Positions 1 to 7,521 of a stretch of DNA of 46,946 nucleotides are shown one piece after another. The DNA comes from Candidatus Bathyarchaeia archaeon (GTDB lineage Archaea; Thermoproteota; Bathyarchaeia; Bathyarchaeales; Bathycorpusculaceae), in the NCBI GenBank assembly GCA_049512935.1, contig JBEKWR010000014.1, forward strand, positions 1 through 46,946, given 5' to 3'. Under the pieces are notes generated by a model that was given only the letters and a program-made list of their open reading frames with translations, was not told the origin of the DNA and searched no databases. The position numbers were made by a program, and so were the translations under genes. Each line of letters starts with the position of its first letter. Position 1 is the first letter of the stretch.

Positions 1-126
1 GGTTGCGTTTTGGGTTGCTTTTTTGGTTTAGGGCTTGAAGGCGTTTGCGAGATGCGACTTTGCTATGGGCGGAATGCGACTTTCCATGTTGACTCCATGT
101 TGACGTTATTGTCGGTTATGGGAGCG
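1..126. repeat. Dispersed intergenic repeat, copy A (truncated by window edge)
   Basis: Aligns without gaps to 25853-25978 (100/126 identical by manual count; 68/76 over positions 51-126). Confidence 0.85.
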
Positions 127-256
127 GCGGCTTTTTGTGTTTTCCTCATTTCCCGGGCTTTCAGCCAAAGCGTTCAGCTGCCGACTTGTCCGTTTGTGTC
201 GTAATTTAAAGAAGCCTGCGTTCCATTGCTCTTGGGTTGAATGTTAAATAGGAGGG

Positions 257-982
257 TTAGAGAGTGTGCGAACGCAGGTCGATGACCGTTGTGCCCGCGA
301 ACTTGTCAAAGTAGCGGATGAACGTGCTGTTTTTTATTCGCCACCAGCCCCAAAGCAGGTCGAAGGGAAGCAGCACTAGGATTTTTCCAAAGTTTCTTAC
401 CGCTGCGTGGTCATAGGACATTTTTTTGCCGTCTGTTCTAACAACCTTCAATCCTGTAATGCGTTTGCCTATGCTTTGGCCGTTGAAGCCTTCCAGCAGA
501 GTTGAGTATAGCCAGAGAAGACCCACGGTTATGAACAGCGCCGCGCTTATTCCTCCGTTGACGAAGGTTTTGAATGACAAAGAAAGAACTTCTGGCAGGA
601 AAATGATTGCCACGGTGATTGCTAATATTATGGCGAAGTCAATTACGAAGGCTAAGGCTCTTTTTTTGAATGAGGCAAGGGGAAGTTGGCTTTCTTTCCT
701 CTGTACGTCGGCAACTTCTGCCCATCCTTCGATGTCATAAATGATTCTAACGGCGTTTTCTCCAGCCCTGCTTAGCCTGTATTTGCCCGTGGGCGTTTGC
801 TCTATGAAAGCTTCTAGTGACCGCAGGTGGAAACTGAGCTTGCCAGTGTCGACTTTTAGGAGATTCAGTAGTTCAGTGAAGGATGATTCTCCTTTTTCGC
901 TGAGGTTAAGTAGTATTTCTCTCCGTAATGGGTGAGAAAGGATTGAAAGTATCTTTGAAACGCTTTCTTGTTCTACTGCCAT
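257..982 (-). CDS. ArsR-like winged-helix domain fused to RDD-family membrane domain
   Basis: N-term LSHPLRREILLNL...GKLSFHLRSL; C-term ASFKKRALAFVIDF, EGFNGQSIGKRITGLKVV, AAVRN, DKFAGTTVI (RDD signature R, D, D). Confidence 0.85.
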   Translation of the reverse strand: MAVEQESVSKILSILSHPLRREILLNLSEKGESSFTELLNLLKVDTGKLSFHLRSLEAFIEQTPTGKYRLSRAGENAVRIIYDIEGWAEVADVQRKESQLPLASFKKRALAFVIDFAIILAITVAIIFLPEVLSLSFKTFVNGGISAALFITVGLLWLYSTLLEGFNGQSIGKRITGLKVVRTDGKKMSYDHAAVRNFGKILVLLPFDLLWGWWRIKNSTFIRYFDKFAGTTVIDLRSHTL

Positions 983-1148
983 GTTTCAAAACCAAACGTT
1001 ATAATGCTGTTTAGAGCGGTTTTGGCATACGTTTCCATAATCATGCAGGTACTCCCATATAAGTCCAACTCAAAGAGACCCTTTTTTGAAACGCATGAGA
1101 TGTCGGGACGTAGGCTTTATAGTGCATAAGCTGCCCATAATACGGTGT

Positions 1149-2048
1149 ATGTCGAGCGCAGATGCGTCTGTCAAGGTATTCCGTGAACTGGAAAGCGAAG
1201 ATTTCAGGGTACTGCAGATTATTGAGTCTGCGATGAGCAAACGTGAGTTTGTACCCGTCGAGCAGATTCAAAAATATGCCAAACTGCCCATGGATCGCAT
1301 ACAATTCACGCTGGGCAAACTAAGCAAGTTGGGCTTGATTTACAGTTCCAGAGGCTCCTATGTGGGGCACAAGCTGAACTATGCAGGCTACGATACCCTT
1401 GCGATAAATGCGCTTGTGAAAGCCGGGGTAATCGAGTCTTTCGGTCAAATTTTAGGTGTTGGCAAAGAAGCTGATGTTTATGACGCCTTAACCCCCAGCG
1501 GCGAACGTATCGCTGTCAAGTTTCACAGGTTGGGACGCATAAGTTTTAGGCAGACCCGCAGGAAGCGTGGATATGCTCGGGAGCATTCGTCATGGCTTTT
1601 CCAGTCGCATCTTGCAGCGGAAAAGGAGTTTCAAGCTATGGAGCTTGTTTACAAGGTTGGGGTTTCGGTGCCCAAGCCAATTAGCCACAATAGGCATGTT
1701 ATTGCGATGGGGATGATTGAAGGCGGCGAATTGGGTAAGTACAAGGATGTCGGCGACCCGAAAAAAGTCTTGAAGGAAATCTTGCGTAATGTCAGGAAGA
1801 CCTACTTGAAGGCGCATGTTATTCATGGTGATCTGAGCGAATATAACATAATTCTCAAGCCCGACGGGCATGTTCTAATCATCGATTGGCCCCAATACGT
1901 CACGGTGGACCACGCTAACGCGGAGGATCTTCTGCAGCGTGACCTGAAAAATGTGCTTACCTTCTTCAGCCGCAGGTTCAATGTTGATTTGGCTGTTGCC
2001 GCCGCCTGCAGTTACGTGACTGGGGAAGTTAGAAGTTTGGTTTTTTAG
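1149..2048 (+). CDS. rio2: RIO2 serine/threonine kinase
   Basis: N-terminal wHTH, GVGKEADVY, AVKFHRLGRISF, IHGDLSEYNI, IIDWPQ. ATG at 1149 preferred over the TTG at 1086. Confidence 0.95.
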   Translation: MSSADASVKVFRELESEDFRVLQIIESAMSKREFVPVEQIQKYAKLPMDRIQFTLGKLSKLGLIYSSRGSYVGHKLNYAGYDTLAINALVKAGVIESFGQILGVGKEADVYDALTPSGERIAVKFHRLGRISFRQTRRKRGYAREHSSWLFQSHLAAEKEFQAMELVYKVGVSVPKPISHNRHVIAMGMIEGGELGKYKDVGDPKKVLKEILRNVRKTYLKAHVIHGDLSEYNIILKPDGHVLIIDWPQYVTVDHANAEDLLQRDLKNVLTFFSRRFNVDLAVAAACSYVTGEVRSLVF

Positions 2049-2290
2049 CGTTTGTCTGCGTCTAGGACTATGTACAGGACGTTGTTTCCGCGTAGCAGCA
2101 CGTTGCCGTAGTTTGTCATTAGTTGGTCGTCTTTGCATTCGTTTGCTCCTTCGAGCAGAATGTTCATGTGTCCGTCGCACTTTATCATTTTTCCCTTGTA
2201 TTCGTAGCCGTTTTTGAGTACGACTTCGATGTTTCCGTGCAGTTGTTTTATGAGAACGTTTAAGGGTTTTTTACTTGGTTCCATCATCAT
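2045..2290 (-). CDS. Sm-like (LSm/SmAP) RNA-binding protein
   Basis: Sm1 motif VVLKNGYEYKGKMIKCDGHMNILL; Sm2 motif GNVLLRGNNVLYI. Overlaps rio2 convergently by 4 nt. Confidence 0.93.
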   Translation of the reverse strand: MMMEPSKKPLNVLIKQLHGNIEVVLKNGYEYKGKMIKCDGHMNILLEGANECKDDQLMTNYGNVLLRGNNVLYIVLDADKR

Positions 2291-2365
2291 TGTTTATCGT
2301 GTCCTTCTAAATTGCTTGTGTAATATCCATGAACCTATCACCAAATATAAAAGCCTTATGAAAGG

Positions 2366-2417
2366 GGGTTCTTTCAAGTCTTCGGTTGAAAGTGCATCCA
2401 TGTCAAAAATCGGTTGA
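2366..2417 (+). repeat. Left inverted-repeat end of module 1
   Basis: GGGTTCTTTCAAGTCTTCGGTTGAA (2366-2390) is the reverse complement of 3245-3269 at 24/25; TGTCAAAAATCGGTTGA (2401-2417) matches the reverse complement of 3208-3224 at 16/17. Confidence 0.9.
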
Positions 2418-2534
2418 AAATTAACTTTTTAATAGATACTGTAAAACTGGTACTAAAAACTTATTTTGTCATTGCGCTAAAAACTTATTAGCAGAACATC
2501 AAATATTGCAATAAACGGAGAAAAAAGTGATAAT

Positions 2535-2903
2535 ATGCCCTGTAGACCCAAACATGAAGAATTTGACCGATTTTTAGCTAAAAAAAGCGTTCTTCTTCCT
2601 GATGGGCAATATGGAGAAGTTCACACCTTCATGGATCAAGGCGTTGAAACTTTTGGTCGTAAACATCGTGAACTTGACGAATACCATAAAGAAAGAGGGT
2701 TGCGGCGATGGCTTAATGGAAAATATAACGTAATTGGACAATATCGTGCTACCGATTGGTTGCGTGCTGGTCTCGGTCATATTTGCCTTGACGAAAAAGA
2801 AAGTTTCCTTAATGAAGATTATTCATGGGCAGACGTGTTTGATTCTGCGTATCGGTTAATGGCTCAGAGAAAATGGACTAAAGCACGCTTCATATCAAGG
2901 TGA
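2535..2903 (+). CDS. Hypothetical His/Asp-rich protein, possible metal-dependent hydrolase
   Basis: 122 aa; motifs MPxxxxH, VHTFMD, HRxxxxxH, GHICLD; AT-rich promoter-like sequence upstream. Confidence 0.7.
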   Translation: MPCRPKHEEFDRFLAKKSVLLPDGQYGEVHTFMDQGVETFGRKHRELDEYHKERGLRRWLNGKYNVIGQYRATDWLRAGLGHICLDEKESFLNEDYSWADVFDSAYRLMAQRKWTKARFISR

Positions 2904-3206
2904 AATTTCTATCGGATATGAAAAATTGCCCAGTCACATTTTTAAGCCTCTAAATAGCTAGATAATTTGTTACCGAGAAAAGGGGATAACTATGGTAAAA
3001 TGGTATTCATCAGGAAAATTAGTTCCCTCTTCCCAGATGAACTTACAATAGTTCTGAATTTGGGTTTTTTAGTTGTAACTTTGAAATGGGTAAGAAATAG
3101 TTAATTTTCAAAAATTTTCTTACCTTTTTTCTTTTGAGGCTGAATAGTAGTGAGTAATCGGCTTTTCTCAGAAAAAACAATTGACAGAAAATCGATAGAA
3201 TTTAAA

Positions 3207-3339
3207 ATCAACCGTTTTTTGACAGCCAAAACGAAAGGTCACGGTTCAACCGAAGACTTGAAGGAACCCTAAAACTTGGCTCTCCCAAATCTTCGGTTGA
3301 AACATACTTTTTCGGTTTCTCTATCAAAAATCGGTTGAT
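3207..3339. repeat. 133-bp imperfect palindrome (two back-to-back repeat ends)
   Basis: TTCAACCGAAGA (3245-3256) pairs with TCTTCGGTTGAA (3290-3301); ATCAACCGTTTTTTGA pairs with TCAAAAATCGGTTGAT; CGGTT cores at 3294, 3313 and 3332. Confidence 0.88.
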
Positions 3340-3360
3340 AAAATGTTACCCGCAACTTAC

Positions 3361-4191
3361 CTAACAAAGCTTCAATATTTGATAAGCTTTTTTGCTCCAG
3401 AATTTAGGTAAATTAGGGTAACGGCTAAAAAGAAATTTGTGATCTTCAAGGTCTAAAAACGCATTTACCCCAAGAAGCTCCCTTAAAAGTTCAATTGTTA
3501 TGTTTATTTTCGATGCTGGGTCAAAGAATTTAATACCTTGTAAGGTTGAAAGGGTCCTATCCCAAAAGTCAGCCAATATTAAGTGCGATTCTCTTAAAAC
3601 CATACGCTCGCCTTCATTTAATCCACTATGTTCATAGACATCCAGAACATTTGGTAAAGAGAGTAAGCAAGTTAATTTAAATTCAGATTCATCTCCAAAT
3701 CGAGATGTGTATTCTTTTAGATCTGTTGTATCGAAAAACATGGGCTTAAAGAGTTTATTTATGATGTTTTGTTTGGCAAGTTCTTGATTTATTGAAAAGT
3801 CCCAAATACCGTTCGAGAAGGTACTGTAAAATTCATTATTACGCAAAATAGGTTTTATTGGTAAATTTTTTGTCCTAAATGGAAAATAGCCTATTTCTTG
3901 AAAAAGCCTCTGTTCCTTTGCGTGACCTGTTTCATGACAGATACAATAACGTAGCACCGAACTAAAGTCAACGTTATATTTTTGACACAGTATTTCAATG
4001 CCTTTATAATAAATTTTGTTGGCATCATTATACCAAAGATGCTCTGCTAATTTTTGACCTCTGAGTAAAATATGTTCGTTTGAGATTGTCTCATCGAGAA
4101 TAAACGGAACTTTTATTCCCCAAATTCTCTCAGCTTCTTCTTGTCCTTTAAGCAACTCTAAATACAACTCTTTAGGGATTGCCATAACCAA
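3361..4191 (-). CDS. Hypothetical HExxH zinc-metallopeptidase-like protein
   Basis: ICHETGHAKE motif with downstream NGIWDFSIN; AT-rich codon usage. Confidence 0.7.
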   Translation of the reverse strand: MVMAIPKELYLELLKGQEEAERIWGIKVPFILDETISNEHILLRGQKLAEHLWYNDANKIYYKGIEILCQKYNVDFSSVLRYCICHETGHAKEQRLFQEIGYFPFRTKNLPIKPILRNNEFYSTFSNGIWDFSINQELAKQNIINKLFKPMFFDTTDLKEYTSRFGDESEFKLTCLLSLPNVLDVYEHSGLNEGERMVLRESHLILADFWDRTLSTLQGIKFFDPASKINITIELLRELLGVNAFLDLEDHKFLFSRYPNLPKFWSKKAYQILKLC

Positions 4192-4353
4192 TTCTTACAA
4201 GGGCTTAGTATTTGAATTTTCAATATTCTGTGAAAAATAATGTGTTTTTCTATTGAGATAAATGTTCGAGAATTTAGATGCTAACGGAAAACTGCTTTTG
4301 TATTCAAACTCTAAAAGTGCTCAATGGTTCTGCGTCTTTTTCTTATTCTGGAA

Positions 4354-4375
4354 CGAAGATTTGACAGAGAGCCAA
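4354..4375 (-). repeat. Degenerate right inverted-repeat end of module 2
   Basis: CGAAGATTTGACAGAGAGCCAA versus reverse complement of 3276-3295, CGAAGATTTGGGAGAGCCAA (2-nt indel, 1 mismatch). Confidence 0.65.
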
Positions 4376-4426
4376 ATCCAAAAATTTTGATTCAAAACGG
4401 ACACATTGTAGTAGGGGAGTAAGCGC

Positions 4427-4618
4427 ATGGTAAGAATAATAATAGAAGATGATGGTAGTAGAAGAAGGACATGCCCACAATGCAATGGTTCTGGAAAGTG
4501 TCCAATATGCAAAAGTGTAGGAACTGTTTGGAGTCGAACAAACTTTTTTGGTGACACATGCCCAAGATGCCAAGGAAAGCTAATGTGTCCTACATGTAAT
4601 GGGAAAGGCCACGTATAA
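4427..4618 (+). CDS. Stand-alone DnaJ-type CxxCxGxG zinc-finger microprotein
   Basis: Four CxxC units: CPQCNGSG, CPICKSVG, CPRCQGK, CPTCNGKG; GGGGAG upstream of the ATG. Confidence 0.8.
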   Translation: MVRIIIEDDGSRRRTCPQCNGSGKCPICKSVGTVWSRTNFFGDTCPRCQGKLMCPTCNGKGHV

Positions 4619-4799
4619 TGAAACCTCTCTTTCAATAACATTAACTTTTAATTCAATGCGATCATCCAGACCATCACAAGGCTAAGGTTGCTTTAACTTC
4701 ATACATAATGGAAAAAGCTGTTAACTTGCCGGGTGATAGTTCTCTTTTACGAAAATAATAAATCCGCAAGTTCTCTAGTTTATGACTGGGTGTATAACT

Positions 4800-5042
4800 A
4801 TGTCAGAAGAACTGAAGGGATTCTGTGATGCTTCGGGCGAGATTCTTAAACGCAAAGTATCGCTTTGCACAGAAAAAGGAATTGTGATATACAAGGGAGA
4901 AAGAGACCAGTGGTACCTGAATTTCCCAGACGATACAAAACGAATAGGTGTTACGACAATTGGACTCATAAATTTGCTTTATTATTTGAATGAAACAGAC
5001 GGAAATCTTGACAGAAGCAGAAAACTAGCTGGATGGGAATAG
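4800..5042 (+). CDS. Hypothetical protein
   Basis: Globular-looking ORF of about 80 aa in the island; start at ATG 4800 or 4782. Confidence 0.5.
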   Translation: MSEELKGFCDASGEILKRKVSLCTEKGIVIYKGERDQWYLNFPDDTKRIGVTTIGLINLLYYLNETDGNLDRSRKLAGWE

Positions 5043-5106
5043 AAACTAATCACTTTTTCTTTGCTGGCATTCTGTATCGGCGTTTTCCAATTGTCATTTC
5101 CTTCAA

Positions 5107-5349
5107 TTACGATTCCGCATACTCCCGCTGGGGTGCAACCCACGCATCAGTAGCAAAACTTGTTAGCGCCCAATGCCAACCTCTCTGCTCTGCAACGGGC
5201 TCTCCAAATTCTTTCTCAAGTCGCTTATTCATTCTCAAGAGCCGTCTGCTAATCTGGTGTCGCTTGACCTTGAATCGCTCAAGCTTAATGGCTAAGTCCT
5301 TTGGTAACAAGCCGGATGATTCCGTTTCAAAGAGTAACCGCAGAATTTT
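5107..5349 (-). pseudogene. N-terminally truncated winged-helix protein remnant
   Basis: Frame reads KILRLLFETESSGLLPKDLAIKLERFKVKRHQISRRLLRMNKRL...GWHWALTSFA (helix-turn-helix plus wing pattern); an in-frame TGA lies just upstream and there is no ATG ahead of the first helix. Confidence 0.5.
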
Positions 5350-5515
5350 TCAGGGGTTTCCATATTAGAATGCGCACTCCCTGAATTCTATTCCATCAAC
5401 TGATGGCAAAACTAACAGTGAGTTATCAGGACCGACTAATTGCAGAAAAGACACTTTTTGCGGATGCTTTCTTGGCACATTTATAAATGACCAGTGAAAG
5501 GCGCCTGAATCGCGG

Positions 5516-6028
5516 TCAGACTTTAATCTTCGCCCTAATCTTAGGCAAAACTTCCCTCTGCGCCTGCACAATGCCAAACGCGGTTATCCTGAACTTGTCA
5601 TCCGCGGTTTTCGCCACCACACCGTTCTTCGCCAGCTCCCCAAGCCGCGTGCTCACGATTTTGGCGCTTTTGCCCAGCCGCGTCTGCAACTCCTCCTTCG
5701 ACAAGGCGTCCCCGCTGAGCATGCCAAGCTCGTGCCCGAGATGCTGTGCCGTCAACCAAACCGACAGCGCCTCGAAATCCGTGAACTTGTTCTTAGGCGG
5801 CAGCAGGCTAGTTCCTTCACTTGAAAAAGCCACTACTCCGTTCAGGTCTCTGGCGAGCTGCCCAAGGTCAACGCTGAGCCAAAGCTTCCTTGCAATCTCA
5901 AAGCTGGGAATGAACTCTTTGAAAAACTGGTTAACCAGCAGCCAAGCCTCCTGCGGCTCAGCTGAAAACTCCTGCGCGACGTCGCCGTACTTGATTTGGA
6001 CGTGGATTTTCTCGGGTTTATCTGTCAA
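5516..6028 (-). CDS. Hypothetical protein with C-terminal winged helix
   Basis: LSKEELQTRLGKSAKIVSTRLGELAKNGVVAK...FRITAFG; start overlaps the upstream stop (ATGA). Confidence 0.8.
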   Translation of the reverse strand: MTDKPEKIHVQIKYGDVAQEFSAEPQEAWLLVNQFFKEFIPSFEIARKLWLSVDLGQLARDLNGVVAFSSEGTSLLPPKNKFTDFEALSVWLTAQHLGHELGMLSGDALSKEELQTRLGKSAKIVSTRLGELAKNGVVAKTADDKFRITAFGIVQAQREVLPKIRAKIKV

Positions 6029-6495
6029 GCCATCTTTCCTCGAAGCTTCGTCAGAACCTCATCTTCAACCCATTTCTCGCCCTGCATCGTCAGCTTAAAG
6101 TCGGGTTTGCTGGGGTCAGGCTTGAAAACTTGCCCACGCTTCGTCATCTCGTTAAGCCGCGCGGGAACCATGCTTTTTATTCCGCTTGACTCCAAAAGCT
6201 TCTGGATCATCGCCGCCGTGTTCTTCCTCTCCCCTGAAGCGTACAAAACCAAACCCACCGCTTCATAATGGGTTAGGTTTTCCCGTGTCACAATGACTGG
6301 GCCCTCAGTTGTAGGCTCAACAATGCCTTTCAGCTGCGCCCCAGATGGCGTTAACCTGTCAGAAACAAAATCGGAAAGCTTCTCCACAAAGTTTTCAGGG
6401 ATAAGCCCCAGCATGTCAAGAATTTCCTGCGGGTTCTCCCCCTCAATTATGACTTCTCCGAAGGGAGTTTTAATACGTGCTTCAATGCGCTTCAT
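6025..6495 (-). CDS. Hypothetical protein with C-terminal winged helix, paralog of 5516-6028
   Basis: VPARLNEMTKRGQVFK...FKLTMQGEKW; collinear similarity to the neighbouring gene. Confidence 0.8.
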   Translation of the reverse strand: MKRIEARIKTPFGEVIIEGENPQEILDMLGLIPENFVEKLSDFVSDRLTPSGAQLKGIVEPTTEGPVIVTRENLTHYEAVGLVLYASGERKNTAAMIQKLLESSGIKSMVPARLNEMTKRGQVFKPDPSKPDFKLTMQGEKWVEDEVLTKLRGKMA

Positions 6496-6750
6496 TATGA
6501 TTTAAGCCTCTTTTATCCTAATAGCCAGTGAGCCCTTTTAGGATTTGCGGCTAAGCAAGCTTTCCAAGAAACAAAAGGTCGCAAATAGCATGCAAGTTAT
6601 TGGCAGTTATTTAATATCTAAGTGGTTCCAAGCCAAATAAGGAAAAAGTTGGATTTAGAGTAAAATTGCCCATGCATCTGGGTTCAAATTCCTGTTCTAC
6701 CACAAATCCTTTATATTTTAACCTTATTTCTAATATTCAGGTGACCACCA

Positions 6751-6984
6751 ATGGAAGTGGAGATAAAAACGGTTGATAACCAAGGGCGCATAATACTACC
6801 AAAAATTTGGAGAGACAGGTATCTCACGAACAAAAAGGCGATTGTCACCTTAAAAGGCGATTTGGTAGAAATAAGACCTTTCGAAAGCACAGACCTCACA
6901 AAGTTCTTTGACACAATGGAAGCAGACGTAAAATCAGACCTGTCTGATTGGCATAAGGTTCGGGAAGAACTGCGGGGGAAATAA
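6751..6984 (+). CDS. AbrB/MazE/SpoVT-family antitoxin (VapB-like)
   Basis: VDNQGRIILPKIWR AbrB signature; directly upstream of a PIN gene; AGGTGA ribosome site. Confidence 0.9.
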   Translation: MEVEIKTVDNQGRIILPKIWRDRYLTNKKAIVTLKGDLVEIRPFESTDLTKFFDTMEADVKSDLSDWHKVREELRGK

Positions 6985-6985
6985 T

Positions 6986-7411
6986 CTGTCAACAGCATAC
7001 GTTGACGCCAACGTGTTTGTGTTTGCTTTCCTAAAGCCCAAGCGCCAACTCCAACCTCACGAAGTAGCCATAAAGGAAGCCGCGAAAAAAATTGTGGCTA
7101 AAATCAGTAAAGGCGAACAGGTCTCCTGTTCAGTGGTCCACTTCAGCGAAATCTGTAACATCCTTGAGTATCATATGCCTCGCGAAGAAGCCCTTGCAAT
7201 TGAGCAGAGTTTGCTATTTCGAGAAAACATCCATTTCCACGAAGTTTCTAAAGATGATTACCTCACCGCTTTATCAATTGCCCAGCAAGACCCCGTTGGA
7301 ATCAACGACGCGGTGGCGTATGTCCTCATGAACAAGACCGAGACCGTGAAAATCTACTCTTTTGATAAACACTTCGATCGCTTCTCCGACATAGAACGTC
7401 TGACGGAGTAA
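6986..7411 (+). CDS. vapC: VapC-type PIN-domain toxin
   Basis: Extended frame gives AYVDANVF; also SEI, INDA, IYSFDKHFD. Probable CTG start at 6986. Confidence 0.88.
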   Translation: MSTAYVDANVFVFAFLKPKRQLQPHEVAIKEAAKKIVAKISKGEQVSCSVVHFSEICNILEYHMPREEALAIEQSLLFRENIHFHEVSKDDYLTALSIAQQDPVGINDAVAYVLMNKTETVKIYSFDKHFDRFSDIERLTE

Positions 7412-7521
7412 GCCCTCTTTTTTGAGGCGATTAAGCAAAGGTATTAATCAGAAAGTCTCAACATGGAAGTGGGAAATACAGCTAACCAAAAATTGCTCAG
7501 GCAAGTTCGACTGGTGAGCTA

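Larger units (their letters stand above)
2366..5370. mobile_element. AT-rich accessory island of orphan genes with inverted-repeat-bounded modules; no recombinase visible
   Basis: Visibly lower GC than flanks, only hypothetical ORFs, repeats at 2366-2417, 3207-3339 and 4354-4375, and a truncated wHTH remnant at the right side. Right boundary approximate. Confidence 0.55.

Noticed and set aside
2340-2366. dif/Xer site (ATAA-N-TTAT)
   Set aside because: The spacer is 5 nt rather than 6, and the sequence is better explained as the minus-strand TATA box (TTTTATAT) of the Sm-like gene.
2366-5370. Complete integron or IS element
   Set aside because: No integrase or transposase ORF; genes are in mixed orientation; the hairpin lacks the unpaired central spacer typical of attC. 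Kept only as a hypothesis.
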